64,000 nt of DNA, taken from assembly GCA_051362555.1 (NCBI GenBank), contig CM120649.1, positions 13,454,001-13,518,000 on the forward strand, written 5' to 3'. The notes under the pieces are model-generated. The model saw only the letters and a program-made list of their open reading frames with translations, made no database searches and was not told the origin of the DNA. This document shows positions 62,446 through 64,000 of this stretch, piece after piece. The position numbers were made by a program, and so were the translations under genes. Position 1 is the stretch's first letter, and the number at the start of each line of letters is the position of its first letter. The DNA comes from Lingula anatina. Taxonomy: Eukaryota > Animalia > Brachiopoda.

Positions 62446-64000
62446 GTGAGGTTTAAATGATGTTTTTTATTTATATGTTCAATAGAATTTTTGACATTTT
62501 TTTACATTATTTAAACATCAGTTCCAACTTAGAACTTTAAAGAGAAAAAATGGTTTATTCACTGGACTTGATTCTGATTTTGCCTATTTGTAACTCCAGG
62601 TTTTGGTGTATAAGCTTTATATGTGTGAATTATGGTTACGGTAAGATGCCAAACAATTCGACCAAGATTAATTAATTAATTTCATGGAAATGTCAGTTTG
62701 GTTGAATTGATTAAAATACAGTAAATGGAAACCTTTGATATCGTCGGATTGTTAGGGGCATCTGCCAAAACGTCCATCTTTCCGGAAGTATTGCATTTTA
62801 CCGGAAGTGTTACGCAAGATAAGCCGCAATTTTCGCCTAACACGTGTTTCGGGCATGTTTTATCCTCCTGAAATCTTATTTTGCTGTGTACAATATGTGC
62901 TAACATTACTTAACATTAAAAAAGACGACAATTATAATTTTTAATTATATATTTCCCTCACCTACGATCACTTTCATGATGCGCTTCACAAGTGGGACGA
63001 GTATTTCCCCGGAGACAGGTGTTGTAAACAAAGGCCGATCACTTATATTTGAAACCGGTAGCTTTAGTGGACTTAAACTAGTTATGTGATTTACGTACGC
63101 CCTATTTGAATTTTAATATGACAACTGAAATCAACCTAATTGAAATTTTTTACCAGTCTGAGATCAGTTGTTTTCAACCCTCAAGGCTTGCTCAGCGTCG
63201 AGGCGTAGACGTACGTACTTCCGAAGAAAATTCAATCACCCGCATCAAAGAATACCAACTGATACTCAAACAGAAATCAGTGTAACTTCAAATTACTATT
63301 AAGTATTTTATTTAAAAAGCATGTCATATAAAAACATATTGAGAAAAGGCAAAATACGAGCGTACCTGTGCCGATAGACATACAGTATCTTGCTTGCACT
63401 CTTCCGATTTTCTTACTTATATACTCCCGCTGTGCACAAACCACGGTGCATATTGAAAACCCCACTGATACAACCCGAAGGTAAAAAAGCATTTACTTGC
63501 CATAATTTTCACAAAACAGGTGCATTTATAATTTGACGTGAGAATTGAGCACATGCAGAAATGAGAGACTGGTTTTAGCTGGCCTGCTCCAGCATAGCGC
63601 AAACCACATGTTAATGAAGACGGTCCCATTTTGGGGGAGGGGGGTCACAGGAATGGAGTTCGTCGTGGATTACGCTAAATATTATCAACATTTCATGCAT
63701 CTGGGGAAATAGAAAGTGACTCACAGGTAACGTAAATACCCAGTGGAACTCTCTATGAAGCTCCCATGGAGTTAAGGAAGACGTCATTTTTATTGTTGGC
63801 AAATCAGTTATCCATGTAGGTGAACAGTGACACGTGTTCGTCAGATTTTGACAGCGCGTGGTATTTGGCGCCAAGAAGTCTGGGCGGTCGATCCCGCTGA
63901 TCTTTCCGTCGATTGTAGTAAATGTAAGATCTTGCGGTGTTGACTTCAAGAACGTTTCCCCATCTGCATATATATTTCAATCGAACTTGAAAATAAATTG

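Overview
AT-rich, intron-rich eukaryotic DNA. The gene content and repeat types point to an invertebrate, probably a lophotrochozoan or mollusc (inference). Left to right: (1) the first two coding exons of a minus-strand gene that runs off the window start, with a decayed Tc1 (DD34E) transposon in its intron; (2) an intronless ~406-aa type II membrane protein with a DxD motif (putative glycosyltransferase); (3) an intact two-exon type-B carboxylesterase ending in KTEL; (4) a three-exon secreted Thr-rich C-type lectin; (5) a ~42-exon polycystin-1-like (PKD1L) gene whose ectodomain is a C-type lectin followed by 15 sushi/CCP exons, with no REJ module and a degenerate GPS. The gene in (1) is an inverted paralog of its 5' end; (6) a second carboxylesterase ending in KSEL that carries two in-frame stops; (7) the 5' part of an RB1 orthologue, with a ~2.9-kb Helentron-type element (about 12 x 146-bp repeats) inserted 12 nt upstream of a splice acceptor. 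Several MITEs with clear TIRs/TSDs and microsatellites are also present. Exon structures were assembled by eye from GT-AG sites and reading phase; no searches were run.
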